64,000 nt of DNA. Origin: Prorocentrum cordatum (lineage: Eukaryota). The stretch lies in NCBI GenBank assembly GCA_963575745.1, contig CAUYUJ010000168.1:1-64000 (forward strand), given 5' to 3'. The notes below the pieces were generated by a model. That model made no database searches. It was not told the origin of the DNA and saw only the letters and a list, made by a program, of their open reading frames with translations. Shown piece after piece: positions 1 to 11,819 of this stretch (positions are counted from its first letter, which is position 1; each line of letters opens with the position of its first letter). The translations under genes were made by a program, and so were the position numbers.

Positions 1-454
1 CTCCTCCTCCTCCTCCTCCTCCTCCTCCTCCTCCCCGGGTCGCCTACGGCCCCGGGGCAAACCGTGCACATGGACCGAGGCGTGTGGAATAATGCGTGAT
101 GGGCCCCGCTTCCATGCTGGAGTCGACGCGCTCCTCACGCCAACTCGGGCGGCACCGGCTCCACGTCTCGGGGGGCGCTTCCCGGGCGCCGCGGGTCTGG
201 CAATCACGCGCCAGGGCCACGGGTCCCTAACCTTATGATGTTCCGACCTACTTTAGCCTCGACCACCCGAAAGAATATTTCGAGCACCCGAAAAAGCACC
301 GAAGCTCGAGGGTTTTCGCGCATCGGGCCCTGGGAGACGCTCGTCCGACACTGTTTCGACTCTTTCGACACTCGTTCGACACTGTTCCGGGTGCTGGAAA
401 TTATTTCTGGGATGCGGTCCTTAAGTATGAGCGGGCGCTACATCACTTGAATCC

Positions 455-3400
455 ATGTCAGCGCGTGCCCCGCTGCTGCGCGCCGCCGAGGAGGCGACGT
501 TCTTGCCGGACCTGGTGGTGGTTTTCCCGCTAAAGTCCACGAAGAAGTTCCAGCCCGACGAGCTGCGGTCGTTCTTGAGCGACGTCCTCGTGGAGGACGA
601 CAGCGACAGCGAGGAAGAGGGCGAGTACGAGGGCACGTACGCCGCGCTGAAGAAGCTGTGCAGACGCGACGAGGAATGCACGATGGAGGAGGTGCGGCTT
701 GCCTTCCTGGAAGACGTCAAGAGGTATCTGGCGACGCAGCATTGCAGGATGCACGCCTTCGTGTCCTGCGATGACGATGAGCTCTTCTTCCTCGTCTCTC
801 TCGGAGACTACGAGAAAAAGGCACAACATGACGAGGCCGCCGCTGCGTTCGCGCACGCGAAGAGATACAAATTCCAGACCAAATTTACGCGGAGAAACAC
901 GGAAGACAAGCTGCGGCTGTTGCAATCCATGCGTTCCGAGCTCGAGGCCGCGTTCCTGGAGTTCAACAAGGACGTGGTCGAGCAAGCAAATGACATGTAT
1001 TGCCCGTTCAAGTTTGAAGTCAGCGGCGAAACGGACAACAGCACGACAATATTCAGGCAGTATTCCGCTGGCATTGCTGGCGTGGAGGGATCTTTCATGC
1101 GGACGGTCGACCGGGTGCGACTGTTGTTTGGGGACTTTGAGCAGTTCATCGACCTGCAGGACTGCTTGGGCGGCGGCCTCATCAGCGCGTACTACGCCGT
1201 CCACAAGGCCTCGAAGCTGAGGGAGTTCCGCGAGGGCCAAGCCGAGTCGAGGGCCCACTACAAGAGGGGGCACGTCGCGTGGGCCAACTTCCGCCCTCTG
1301 GAGACACTGATGTCCATTCTGCCGTCGCTCGGCCCACCGATCCAGGATCGGGAGGGGGGCAGAGGGCAGAGGTCAGGGGCAACGTTGGGAGAGATGCGCT
1401 CAGGGGGGACGCATCGACCCCCAATCGCCCACTGGTCGCCGATAGGGGGCAGCAGAGGAGGATGGTGAGGAGGAGGGGGCTCGAGGTGATGGCTCTGGGG
1501 CGCCTCGGCCTCGTGGCGGCGCCAATCCGATCTGACTAGATGCCCATCCCCGCCGGCAAGGTCCCGCTCGGCTGCGGCATCCCGACGATCCGATGCGGCC
1601 CGCTGCTCGCGCCGCGCTGTCTGTGCATCCTGGTGCGGCCGATCCGATTCCATCCCGACTCCGTGCCGATGCGGCTCGCTCTGGTGCACGCCCCGATGCC
1701 TTCCGGCCCCACGAGTCCATGCCGGCCGCTCCCGCCCTGTGCAGCACGGCGGCCGCAGGCGCCCGTCGCGGTGGGCACGCCCGAGGTCGGGGCTCCCCTT
1801 CCTCCGCCTCCCCCCCCTCCCCCTCCTCCTCCTCCTCCTCCTCCTCCTCCTCCTCCTCCTCCTCCTCCTCCTCCTCCTCCTCCTCCTCCTCCTCCTCCTC
1901 CTCCTCCTCCCTGCCGGGCAAGCCGAGGGCGACACGTCGAGGTGCGGAGGCCAGGCAGGCCGGGCGTGAGGACAAGAGCGTGCCGGAACGTTGTGGGCTC
2001 GAGCGCTCGCGGTGTTCGGCGCAGCCTCCCCAGGCCCGCGGGCTCTCGGAGATGCCTGAGTTGTCGTCGTCCGAGGCTTCCTCGTCCAGGCCTCGTCTTC
2101 GGAGGAGGAGGAGGAGGAGCACGAGGACGAGGACAAGGAGGAGGAGGAGGAGGAGGAGGAGGTGGAGGTGGAGGTGGAGGTGGAGGAGGAGGAGAGGTGG
2201 AGGAGGAGGAGGAGAGGAGGAGGAGGGGAGGAGGAGAGGAGGAAGGAGGAGGAGGAGGAGGAGGAGGAGGAGGAGGAGGAGGAGGAGGAGGAGGAGGAGG
2301 AGGAGGAGGAGGAGGAGGGGGGGGCGAGAAGGAGGAGGACGACGATGACGACGACGAGGTGGAGGACGAGGCGGCGAGGGACGAGGAAGAGCAGCAGGAG
2401 ATCCGCGACTACTTCGGCGAGATGATCGGCTTCTACTTCCTCTGGCTGAGGCACACCTTGGTCTCGCTTGTGCTGCTGGTGCCCGTCGTGAGCGTGCTGT
2501 TCGTTGCGATCCAGAGCTTCGACGACTTCAACTACCGCTTCGAACGCGCAGGCGCGCCGATCGAGGAGAAGAGGGGCCTGGCTGTCGTATTCTTGTCCTC
2601 GGCCTTCTGCCTTTCCCTGTGGGGGCAGTTTTACGTCAAGGGATGGAAGCGGCTGGAGAGCTACTACAGGGAGCTGTGGGGCGTCGAGCTGGCAGAGTTC
2701 AGTGACGTCCGGCGACCCGACTACAGGGGGGACTACAAGCCTAGTCCCATCAACGAGCACGTGATGACGAAAGCGTATAGCCCGTGGAAGAGGCGCGCGG
2801 TTTTTCTCATAGCATTCGTCGTCACCCTTGTTTTCATCGGGATGGTTATCGGCACTGTAATGCTGGTATATTATTCAGTTGCGCTCCCGCGCGAATCCGC
2901 CAACGCGCTTGGGCTAGGGGGGGCGGGAGGGCGCCCCAGGGGGGAGACCGAACTTCTGTGTTCATGACTGGTACCATGCGGAAGGGAAGAGGAAATCGCT
3001 CAGACACACGGCAGTGAATACTATTTGGCCCGATTCGTCGGGCACCCCTAGCTTCTGCTACGCAAGAAGCGAAATCCACGGAGGAAGCAAGGGCTGGACA
3101 CAGACCACCCGCTGCAAGCGCGGTGGAGGATTTTCACGAGGACCTGACCGCCACCGGGGTGTCCATCTTATTCTCGGTGCAGATTTTCGCCTACCAGCTC
3201 GTTTGGGACTCCTTGTCAGACAAGCTCGTTGAGCTGCAAAACCCTAGGACCGACATGGAGGCCAGAAATATGGACGTTGCGGTCCTCTTCCCGTTCAGCT
3301 TCGTCAGCGCGTACGCGAACCTCGCCGTCAAGGCCGTCTACGAAGATTCCCCGTGGGGGCAATCTTGCTTGTCAGAAGACTGCACGAAGAAGATGGAGCT

Positions 3401-4732
3401 GTTGCTGTACCAGGTGGTCCTCCCCGTCTTTTTCGCCCAGGCAGTGTCGATGCTGAAGCCGTACGTGATACTCCGCTTCTCGCTGTGGTGGGAGGCCAGG
3501 CGATTGCTGAAGCAGGGGAGGAAGATCCACCGGGGCTTCATCGAGGTGCAGGCCAAGCGACCGCCATTCGGGCCCTCGCAGCTGAACTCCGAGATGAACA
3601 TCATGGCCGTCCTCCTCGGGTACGTGCTTCTGTTTGGGTCCGTGGCGCCGGGTATCGTGGTGGCGGTAACCTTGATATTTTTGGTGAAGATTCGCATCGA
3701 CGCCTTCAAGCTCTGCAACGTGTACCAGCGGGTGATACCCGCCAGGCTCCCGCCAGATGGCATCGGCCAGTGGGGCAAGGTCGTGCAGGCCCTAGCTGAA
3801 GTGGGCCGCATGACGTGTTTGTTCATCCCTATCTTCAATTTAAGTTACTTCAACAGCCCTGGCGTCGACGAGGGCCAAGACTGGCTCCTGGACGCCCTTG
3901 GGGCAGCACCCCATGGCTTGTCCGACCTGCAGAAGGTGGTATTATGGTTTGCTTGCAAGGAGGTGCTCGACCGTCTTGGACAGCTAGTTGACTTCCTCAT
4001 CCCAGACGTCAGCACAGAGACCAAGCTAATGAGGGCCAAGCGCCAGAAGGTCGCCAAGAGGATGCGCAACCAGCTCGCCACCAGGAAGGGCTGGAACGGA
4101 GCCGACGAGGAGGAGCAGCCGGCACTCAACTGCTGCATGGTCTCGAAGAGCTGTGCCTTCGAGACGATGAGCCCGCGGGCCGGACAGATCTACAGAGACG
4201 TTGACACCAAGACTACAAAGCACCTGAAAGACCTCGACCTGTGGGACAAGGCCCGGCGGCCCCGCGCCGCCCCTGCGGCCAGCCCGACCCGATCGCTCCG
4301 CCTAGATGCCGAGCCTTGCCCGCCCGACCCGCTTCGATTCCGATCTCGCCGACGGGCCGATGCGGCCAGGTGCCTTTTCCGCGGTGGAGGAGGAGGAGGA
4401 GGAGGAGGAGGAGGAGGAGGAGGGGGAGGGGGAAGGGGGGAGGAGGAGGGGGAGGGAGGAGGGGAGGAGGAGGAGGATGAGGGGGGAGGGGAGGAAGTAG
4501 AGGAGGGCCGATGCGGCCAGGTGCTCGCACGGCGCTGTTGGTGCCTCTCGGCCCGGCCGATTCGTCGATCCGAACTCCGTGCCGATGCGGCCCCGGCCGG
4601 TGCGCGCTCCAGCTCGGCCCGGGCTCCCGAGCCGGTGCTGACCCATCCCGCCGCCTCGGTGCGCGCGCCGCCAAAGAGGCCGACAAGAGCGACTTCGGGC
4701 TCCCCTTCGACAGGGTGACCTACTTCGGGTGA
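455..4732 (+). CDS. Anoctamin/TMEM16-family membrane protein, 4 predicted exons (455-1345, 2398-~2877, ~3129-4250, 4679-4732)
   Basis: Phase-0 splicing of 1345 to 2398 gives 'PIQ|EIRDYFGEMIGFYFLWL', the anoctamin pre-TM1 motif. Exon 3 has 'EMNIMAVLLGYVLLFGSVAP...KIRIDAFKL...QRVIP...GIGQW' (TM7-TM9 pattern). Intron 1 is AG|GA...AG|G, intron 3 is AG|GC...AG|G, and the last exon reads ADKSDFGLPFDRVTYFG*. Intron 2 borders and the start codon are uncertain. Confidence 0.85.
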
Positions 4733-7700
4733 GACGTCGGACCTTCGGACTTCTCCTCCTCCTCCTCCTCCTCCTCCTCCTCCTCCTCCGCCTCCTCTCG
4801 CGCCTCCCTCCTCCTCCTCCGCCTCCTCCTCCTCCTCTCCTCTCCTCCTCCTCCTCCTCCTCCTCCTCCTGCTCCTCCTGCTCCTCCTCCTCCTCCTCCT
4901 CCTCCTCCTCCTCCTCCTCCTCCTCCTCCTCCTCCAGCTCCAGCTCCAGCTCCTGCTCATCCTCCTCCCCCTGCCGAGCCAGTCGTTGGGGCTGCGGTGC
5001 TGATCCTGTCACGCCTCACGGCCTTGCGTGCCCAGCGCGCGTGCTGTGTTTCACATCTTCTGGGCTGGCGCACCGTGGGGGCGAGCGGCGCTGGTCCAGA
5101 CATCCGATGTCTCGATTTGTTCAGCACGGGGTCCCTGGAGGTCCAGACCTTCTCTCGGGCCGAACGAAAGGGGGGGACAGGTAAAGGGGGGGGGTACGAA
5201 GTCTCCTGCATGCAGCTGGTTTCGGCGCCACCGAGGGGCCCATTCCTCGATGCATGGCCGCCTCCTGCTCCGGGAGGCGCCGGGAAAATCGGCTACGTGA
5301 GCTGATTCTCAAGCCCCCCCTTTGCTATCCCCCCCTCTCGCCCGGCCCGATTCTCCCCAGGGCTGGCGTGCCACCCCGAGCAGTTTCTGTACCGTCCCTT
5401 GGGCCTGGCGAGGGCCCCCAGAGTCCGACTATTGCAGCAGCATCGGCAACAGTCATGCTAAGACTGTTCGCTCCTATCTGCTCGCGTGCCGCTCAGCACG
5501 TATATCCCAAACCCTCGATACCCGCTCTCTTCGTCTTCGATCGTACCCTTGAGGGTATATATATATATATATATATATATATTCCTTACCTGCCTCGTGT
5601 AAGTGGCACAGACTTTAACACAGGGGCAGAGAGGACTGATGGAAGGGGGAGGGAGAAGGATGGAGCACGGGATTCGCAGGAGGGGGGCTGGGAGCAGAAA
5701 ACACGGCGCGCCTGCAGCCCCGGCTTCGGTCACCTGGCGTGGTCGCGATGCCGCCCCGCGCCCATTGCCAGGAAGAATACTTCAGCCACGGCTGGCCGCA
5801 CCGGCGCGCTCCTCCTGCAAGCTTTTTCCGCGGTGGAGGAGGCGGAGGAGGAGGAGGAGGAGGAGGAGGAGGAGGAGGAGGAGGAGGAGGAGGAGGAGGA
5901 GGGGAGGAGGGAAGGGGAGGAGAGGAGGAGAGGAGGAGGGGGAGGAGGAGGGGAGGAGGAGGAGGAGAAGGAGGAGGAGGAGGAGGAGGAGAAGGAGGAG
6001 TCCCCCCTGGCCTGCACGGCCGCACGTCCTCGCCGTGCACGTCATTCGTTCTCGCTCCGCCGGACAATTCGTGAGTGTGCCGTGCGGCCCCCTGGGCTGC
6101 TTGAGCGCGTGCGCGTGCGGACGGCCCCCGCCGCGCTGCGACGAAAGAAAGGTGCTGGCGAGCGCGTCTCGAACTGCGGGGGCGGCAGAGAGAGGGGGGG
6201 GGCGACTAGGGATGAGGGGATATCATCGCGTGGGCCATGACGTTTCCCCAGATTTGACCGATGGACCCGCCGTTCGACAGCCCGTTCGGCGCAGAACTCA
6301 CCCGAGCGTGCGCCCAGGCCTCGCGAGCCCGCGGGGGCGCGCGGGGCACCCTCGCAGTGCCACTCGCCTTCGCGTGTCCACCCCTCCCCCCTCATCCTCC
6401 TCCTCCTCCTCCTCCTCCTCCCCCCTCCTCGTCCTCCTCCTCCTCCTCCTCCTCCTCCGCCTCCTTCCCCTCCTCCTCCTCCTCCCCCCTCCTCCTCCTC
6501 CTCCTCCTCTTCTTCCTCCTCCTCCTCCTCCTCCTCTTATTCCTCCTCTTCATCATCATCCTCGTCATCATCATCGTCATCATCACCATCATCATCATCA
6601 TCATCATCATCATCACCATCATCATGATCACCATCATCATCAGCAGCAGCATCATCACCACCATCAGCAGCAGCATCATCACCACCATCAGCATCATCAT
6701 CTCTATCATCATCCCAGCAATCGCCTTTAGCACTGTGCGGGCGATTTTCGTGTTCCGAATATTTCTCCAACCGTAGACATTTACAATAACAATTATTGCT
6801 ACAAGAAATCGCAGGGCACCTTATTCGCACATCTTTCCGGGTCCTAAGGTGCCCCAGAGTTTCTGTGGGCCCGCAGGGTCATTGGGGGATGAGAAGTTTC
6901 CGTGGGGCACTTGCTGACAGGCCCAGTCTTCTTCGACGTATTCTATTCATATTCTCCTCCTCACCACCATCGCCCTTCAATGTTCCACGCCCCCAGACAT
7001 CCGACGGCTCGATCTGTTCGAGCCAGCGCCTCCTGGAGCCTTCGACCTCTTCCCCTGGGGACCGCCTCTTCCCCTGCGTGCGCGATTGCTTGAAAGCCCT
7101 GGGGCCCAGAAATTGGCCACCTGGGCCTGGGGGTCGAGGAGTCTGCCGCCCAGGCTTGTCCGGGGACGCGCTCTGGTCAGACTCTCGCGGGGGCCCCAGC
7201 CACTGAGACGAGGGCGTTCTGGGACCACGAGGGTGCGAAGACAGTGGCGCTTCGCGGCCTGGGCGACTTCAGAGCGAGGCGCGAGTCCCTCATCCTGTTC
7301 CGGAGAGGGGGGGGGGGGGGGGCGGCGCGAGAGCGAGCGCGAAGGTAGTCGCCCTGGGGGAGGTGGGGGGAGGGGGTGATGCCTCCGCAGCAGCCGGGGA
7401 TGGCTTCAGTGAGGGCAGGGGGCTCCTGAGAAGCCTCAGGAGGGGAAAAAAACACGCAGACACAATTGATCGTCGATTCCCCAGAAAATATGGGAAAACA
7501 TGGGAAGTGGGGGGAACACGAAAACCAAGAAACTATGAGAAAATATAGGGGAATCCTGTTAGTTGTGTGTGTTTATTCGTGTGCCCCAGGGCCCCTTCAA
7601 CGCCTTCCTAGAGTAGCCCCCCCGGGCCCTTCTGCACGGAGGCCCCCCTGGCTCTCTCCGGGGAGGCCCCCCTCTCGCGCCCGGCCCCCTGGTTTGCGCC

Positions 7701-9187
7701 GCCACGGCGCCACCCCCCGGACCCAGAGCCTGTCTGCTCGGAGGATGTTCAGTCCCTATTGGGCTGACCGTGGGGGGTTCTAAGTGGATTTCGGGGGCGG
7801 AAAGAGGGGGGTGATGACTAGGGGGGGGGGGGGGGAAATCATGGCGGGGGTCATGATATTTCCCCAGATCTCATGGCGCCTCTTCTTATTTCATAACGTC
7901 CCTGGCCCCCCCGCTGGGCCGCGCACATGCCGCCGGTCATGATTTGCACCCCCCCCTCTTGGCCGCTCCCGAGGATTCTCGGGGGTGGACAGACCTCCTG
8001 CCCTGACACGTCGACTGAGGAAATTTGCCGTTTTCGGTTCGCGAGGGGGCGTCGCGGCCGTCGGTTTTTGCGGCTCCAGGTCCGTCGGTTTCGGTCCCAG
8101 GCCGTTTTCACTGAGGGGAGGTTTGCTAAAGGGAGGTTTGTCCACCGCCGAGATAAGGGGGGGTGCAAGTGGATGCTAAGGTGGGTTATATCTGGCCCGA
8201 CCTGGCTTAGAAGTGGGTTACAGATTTTCCGAGTGGCTCAGGGGGGTTAGATAACCCCGCGAAGTGGGCGGAGCCCACTTAGCCCGGGTCGTTGCCCCCC
8301 AAAGCTACTACCTGGGGCATTCGTAGCCCACTGATAAGCCAGGATGGGCCAGCTATAACCCACAGTGGTATGCACTTGCAGCCCCCCTATCCACTCAGAA
8401 CCCCCCACGGTCAGCCCAGGACGGAATGGGTCCACACGGAGTGCTCGGCCACCGTCCAGGCGTACTCCGTACGGGTCAGGGCCCCTCCTGGCGGGAGGCC
8501 AAGCCCACACGGGGTGCGGCCGTATACGGAGTGCTCGGTGTCCGCCTGGACTCACCCTCTCCGAAGCCATGTGCTCCCTCCCCCGGCTCCGACGCCCTGA
8601 TCCTTCTGGTGCGGGGCCCCCGGACCTCTGGGCCACCTTCCTGGGTCGGGCGTGGCGCAGTGGGGTGCGATAAAAAGGGGGGGGGACAAAGCTGCATTTC
8701 TCGGGTCGGGCGTTGCGCCGTGGGGGGCGATAAAAGGGGCGAGGGGGGAGACGAAGACGCATTTGTTGTGCCCTGCAGGGGCCCGGAAGGAGCCGCACGA
8801 GAGGCGCTCGTTTCTCCCCTGCCCCCGATGATGGCCTTCCCATGAAGCAGAACGCCCGGCTGGGGACCGGTTCCCCGCACGCTGGGATGGCAACCCGCGC
8901 AGGGGTCGAGGATCTTCAGGACCTGTGTTAGCCCAATGCGTGTGTTCTGGCCTCCTTCCGCCCAACCAGTAGATCATTACATCGCCCGCGTCGTATCGAG
9001 GGGCCTCGATGGACAAGCACACGTTGGGGCTAACACGCGTTCTGAGGATCATCGAAGGGGGCACCCCGAGAGTCGCGACGATCTGGAAGGACGCCGCCGT
9101 CGCCACGCCGCACGAGCGGGCGGAGCGCAGGCGAGTCCGCCCGCGTTGAGGCGTCCACCAGACGCGCTCCTCGCCTTATGTCGGGCG

Positions 9188-9362
9188 TGTCCCCCTGCAG
9201 GGGGATTTTCGACGAAGGTAAAAAATACCCAAACAGTACCCCAAAAAGACCCCCCCCAAAAAAAACTAAAAAAAATGGTCCCCAGACTATTTGTTGATTA
9301 TTTTTTTAATTATGTTGGGGGTATTGTTCATTTTTCGTCGAAAATCCCCCTGTAGGGGGACA
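9188..9362. mobile_element. MITE-like foldback element (~175 bp)
   Basis: TGTCCCCCTGCAGGGGGATTTTCGACGAA (9188-9216) is the reverse complement of 9334-9362 with one mismatch. The interior is AT-rich and partly self-complementary. No clear TSD. Confidence 0.6.
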
Positions 9363-11819
9363 GGCCCGACTTGATCCTCGCCCCAGACCCTTTCTGTTGA
9401 TGGGCCAGGAGCCCGAAAACGGGCATCAGGCGCCGAGAGGCCACGAAGACACCTCCGCCCTGCTTCTGCGTAGGCCTTCCCCGGCATCCGCCGGTCTGGT
9501 GTTCCACTCCGCAGCCCCAGGGCTCCCGACCCCGTCCTTCCGCTGGAGTATAGTTCCTCGTCCCGGATCCGTTTGCGCTGGCCCCCGGGCCCGACAACGG
9601 GCCCCAGGCCCGAACTGAATGAACAGCCCGCAATTCGAGGCTTGGCTTCCCAAATCAGGTCCGAGGAGATAGAGTCGAAGAATCGCTCCGCATCGCCGAT
9701 GCACGGACGGTGCGGCTGCATACAGAGCCAGGTTTTCCCCACGCCGACGCGTCGCCGACGCATCGCCGACGCATCGCCGACGCATCCGCGGTGCGGCGCG
9801 ATCCTGCGACCCCACCTACCCGGACCCCGTCCAGGAGGCCTTCAGCGGTCGAGAAGCACGGCGCGTTGGAGGTCCGGGGGCCGCCCCCGACGCTCTCGGG
9901 GAAGCGTCGGGCTCGGGCGCGGGCATGCCGACGCTTCTTGACGAGCGCGTCTTGGATTTTGACGGTTCGGCTCCCGTGGGATGTTTGCAACGGGAGCTCG
10001 CTGACAATTTCAGATGGGGCCTCGTCATCTTCATGATGGCCCCACCAGGCCAACCCGAGTGCTCCGAACCCGAGTCCCACGTCTCCCCGACTCTTGCTCG
10101 GCGGCAGCGCAGGACTGCCCTGACTCTTGCTCAGCAGCTCAGCTCGGGGGCTGCGAAAGGCGCCCCGTGGCCCAGGGTGCCACCACAGCTTCTCGCTCGA
10201 TCCTGGGGCCCCTGGGGCCTTCTGGGCCTCGTGAGTGGGGTGCTCTGGAGGCCGCAGGGGGGCCTCCTGGGCAGTCCTGGGGGCCCCTCGGGCCCGGGGG
10301 CACCTCCTGGCAGCGCCCAGGCAGCGCAGCACGACTGGCTCGCGGCGGCCCCGCCAGCACGGCAGCGGCGAGGCCGCGGGGCCCGGCCGCCTACCCCTCT
10401 TTCGCGGCGAAGCCGCGCCGCGAGGGCAGAGGCCGGGGGCGGCCGGGGCCGACCCCGCGAGAGGGCAGCCGGGCCGACCCCCGCGGGGGCCTCCGGCAAA
10501 TCGCGCTGCGGTGACTTCCCGCTCTCGGGGCGTGGAACGCCTCGGCGGCGGCCCCCCGGGGGCCCGCGCCTCGGGGGAGGAGGAGGTTCAGGAGGGGAGA
10601 AGACACACAGACACAAGGAATCGCCGATTCCCAGGAAACTGTGGAAAAATATTGGAAGTGGGGGGAAGACGAAAACCCAGAAAATAAACGAGAATATGGG
10701 GAATCCGGTTATTTGTGTGTGTATTTATTTGTGTGTCCCAGGGCCCCTTCAGAGGTGCCCGCGCCTGCGGATGCCCCCCCCCGTGTTGCCCTTTTCGGGG
10801 GGGGGCCTCCTGGGCGGGCCTCGTCGCCACCGCTGGATTCGCCCCGAGCTCAGGAGCAGGAGGCGCTTCGGGAGAGGTCCTGGGGGGCGGCGGTGGCGGT
10901 ACTTTTTGGTGTCCCCAGCTCTGGGGGCCTCCGGGCCATCAAGGATGGGCTTCTGGGGCCGCGGGCCGAAGACAACAGCAAAGAACTCTGGGCCTCCCAG
11001 ATGGGGTCCGAGCGAATGGGGCCAGAGGATCGCCCCGCATCGACGATGCATCGACGATGCGGCTCGATGTGTAGCGACAAGGTCTCCACGCCGATGCATC
11101 GCCGACATCGCCGATGCATCGGCGATGCGGCGACCCCATCCGTTCCAGCCACATCTAAGAGAGGCTCGCGATCACCCCTCGGAGGAGCTCATCAATTTCA
11201 CAGTCGCTCATCCTGGTGATATTTCTCCTGCTCCTGTTGCCGCGTCGCCTGACATGGAAGGGGTCCCAGCGGAGTTGTCACAGCGAGAGTCCGAAGCTTC
11301 TGTCTCGGACTCTCCAGGGCCTGGCCTCCAGAAACTCATGGGGCACCTTGTCCTAAATGTCCTCTGAGAACAGATCGGAGGATGTAGGGGTCGCGTGCCC
11401 CCCCCCTCCTCCTCCTCCTGCTCCTCCTCCTCCTCCTCCTCCTCCTCCTCCTGCTCCTCCTCCTCCTCCTCCTCTTCCCTCCTCCTCCCTCCTCCTCCTC
11501 CTCCTCCTCATCATCATCATCCTACTCCCCCCCTCCTCCTCCCCTCCTCCTCCTCCTCCTCCTCCTCCTCCTCCTCTCCTCCCCTGTTCCTCTTCCTCCT
11601 CGTCCTCCTCCTCCTCTTCCTCCTCCTCCTCCTCCTCCTCCTCCTCATCATCATCATCATCATCCTCCTACTCCCCCCCTCCTCCTCCCCCTCCTCCTTC
11701 TCCTCGTCCTCCTCCTCCCCAGCGACACGTCGGCACAAGCTCATGTCGGTCGTTCGGCGAAGTCAGGTCGCCGCACATGCCAATCCACACACACACACAC
11801 ACACAGAGTTTACCGAGTT

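Noticed and set aside
1258..6830. Long ORFs rich in poly-R/E/G/S/P/L
   Set aside because: They are translations of stop-free (CCT)n/(GGA)n/(CAT)n tracts. The same applies at 11.4, 19, 55, 59 and 63 kb.
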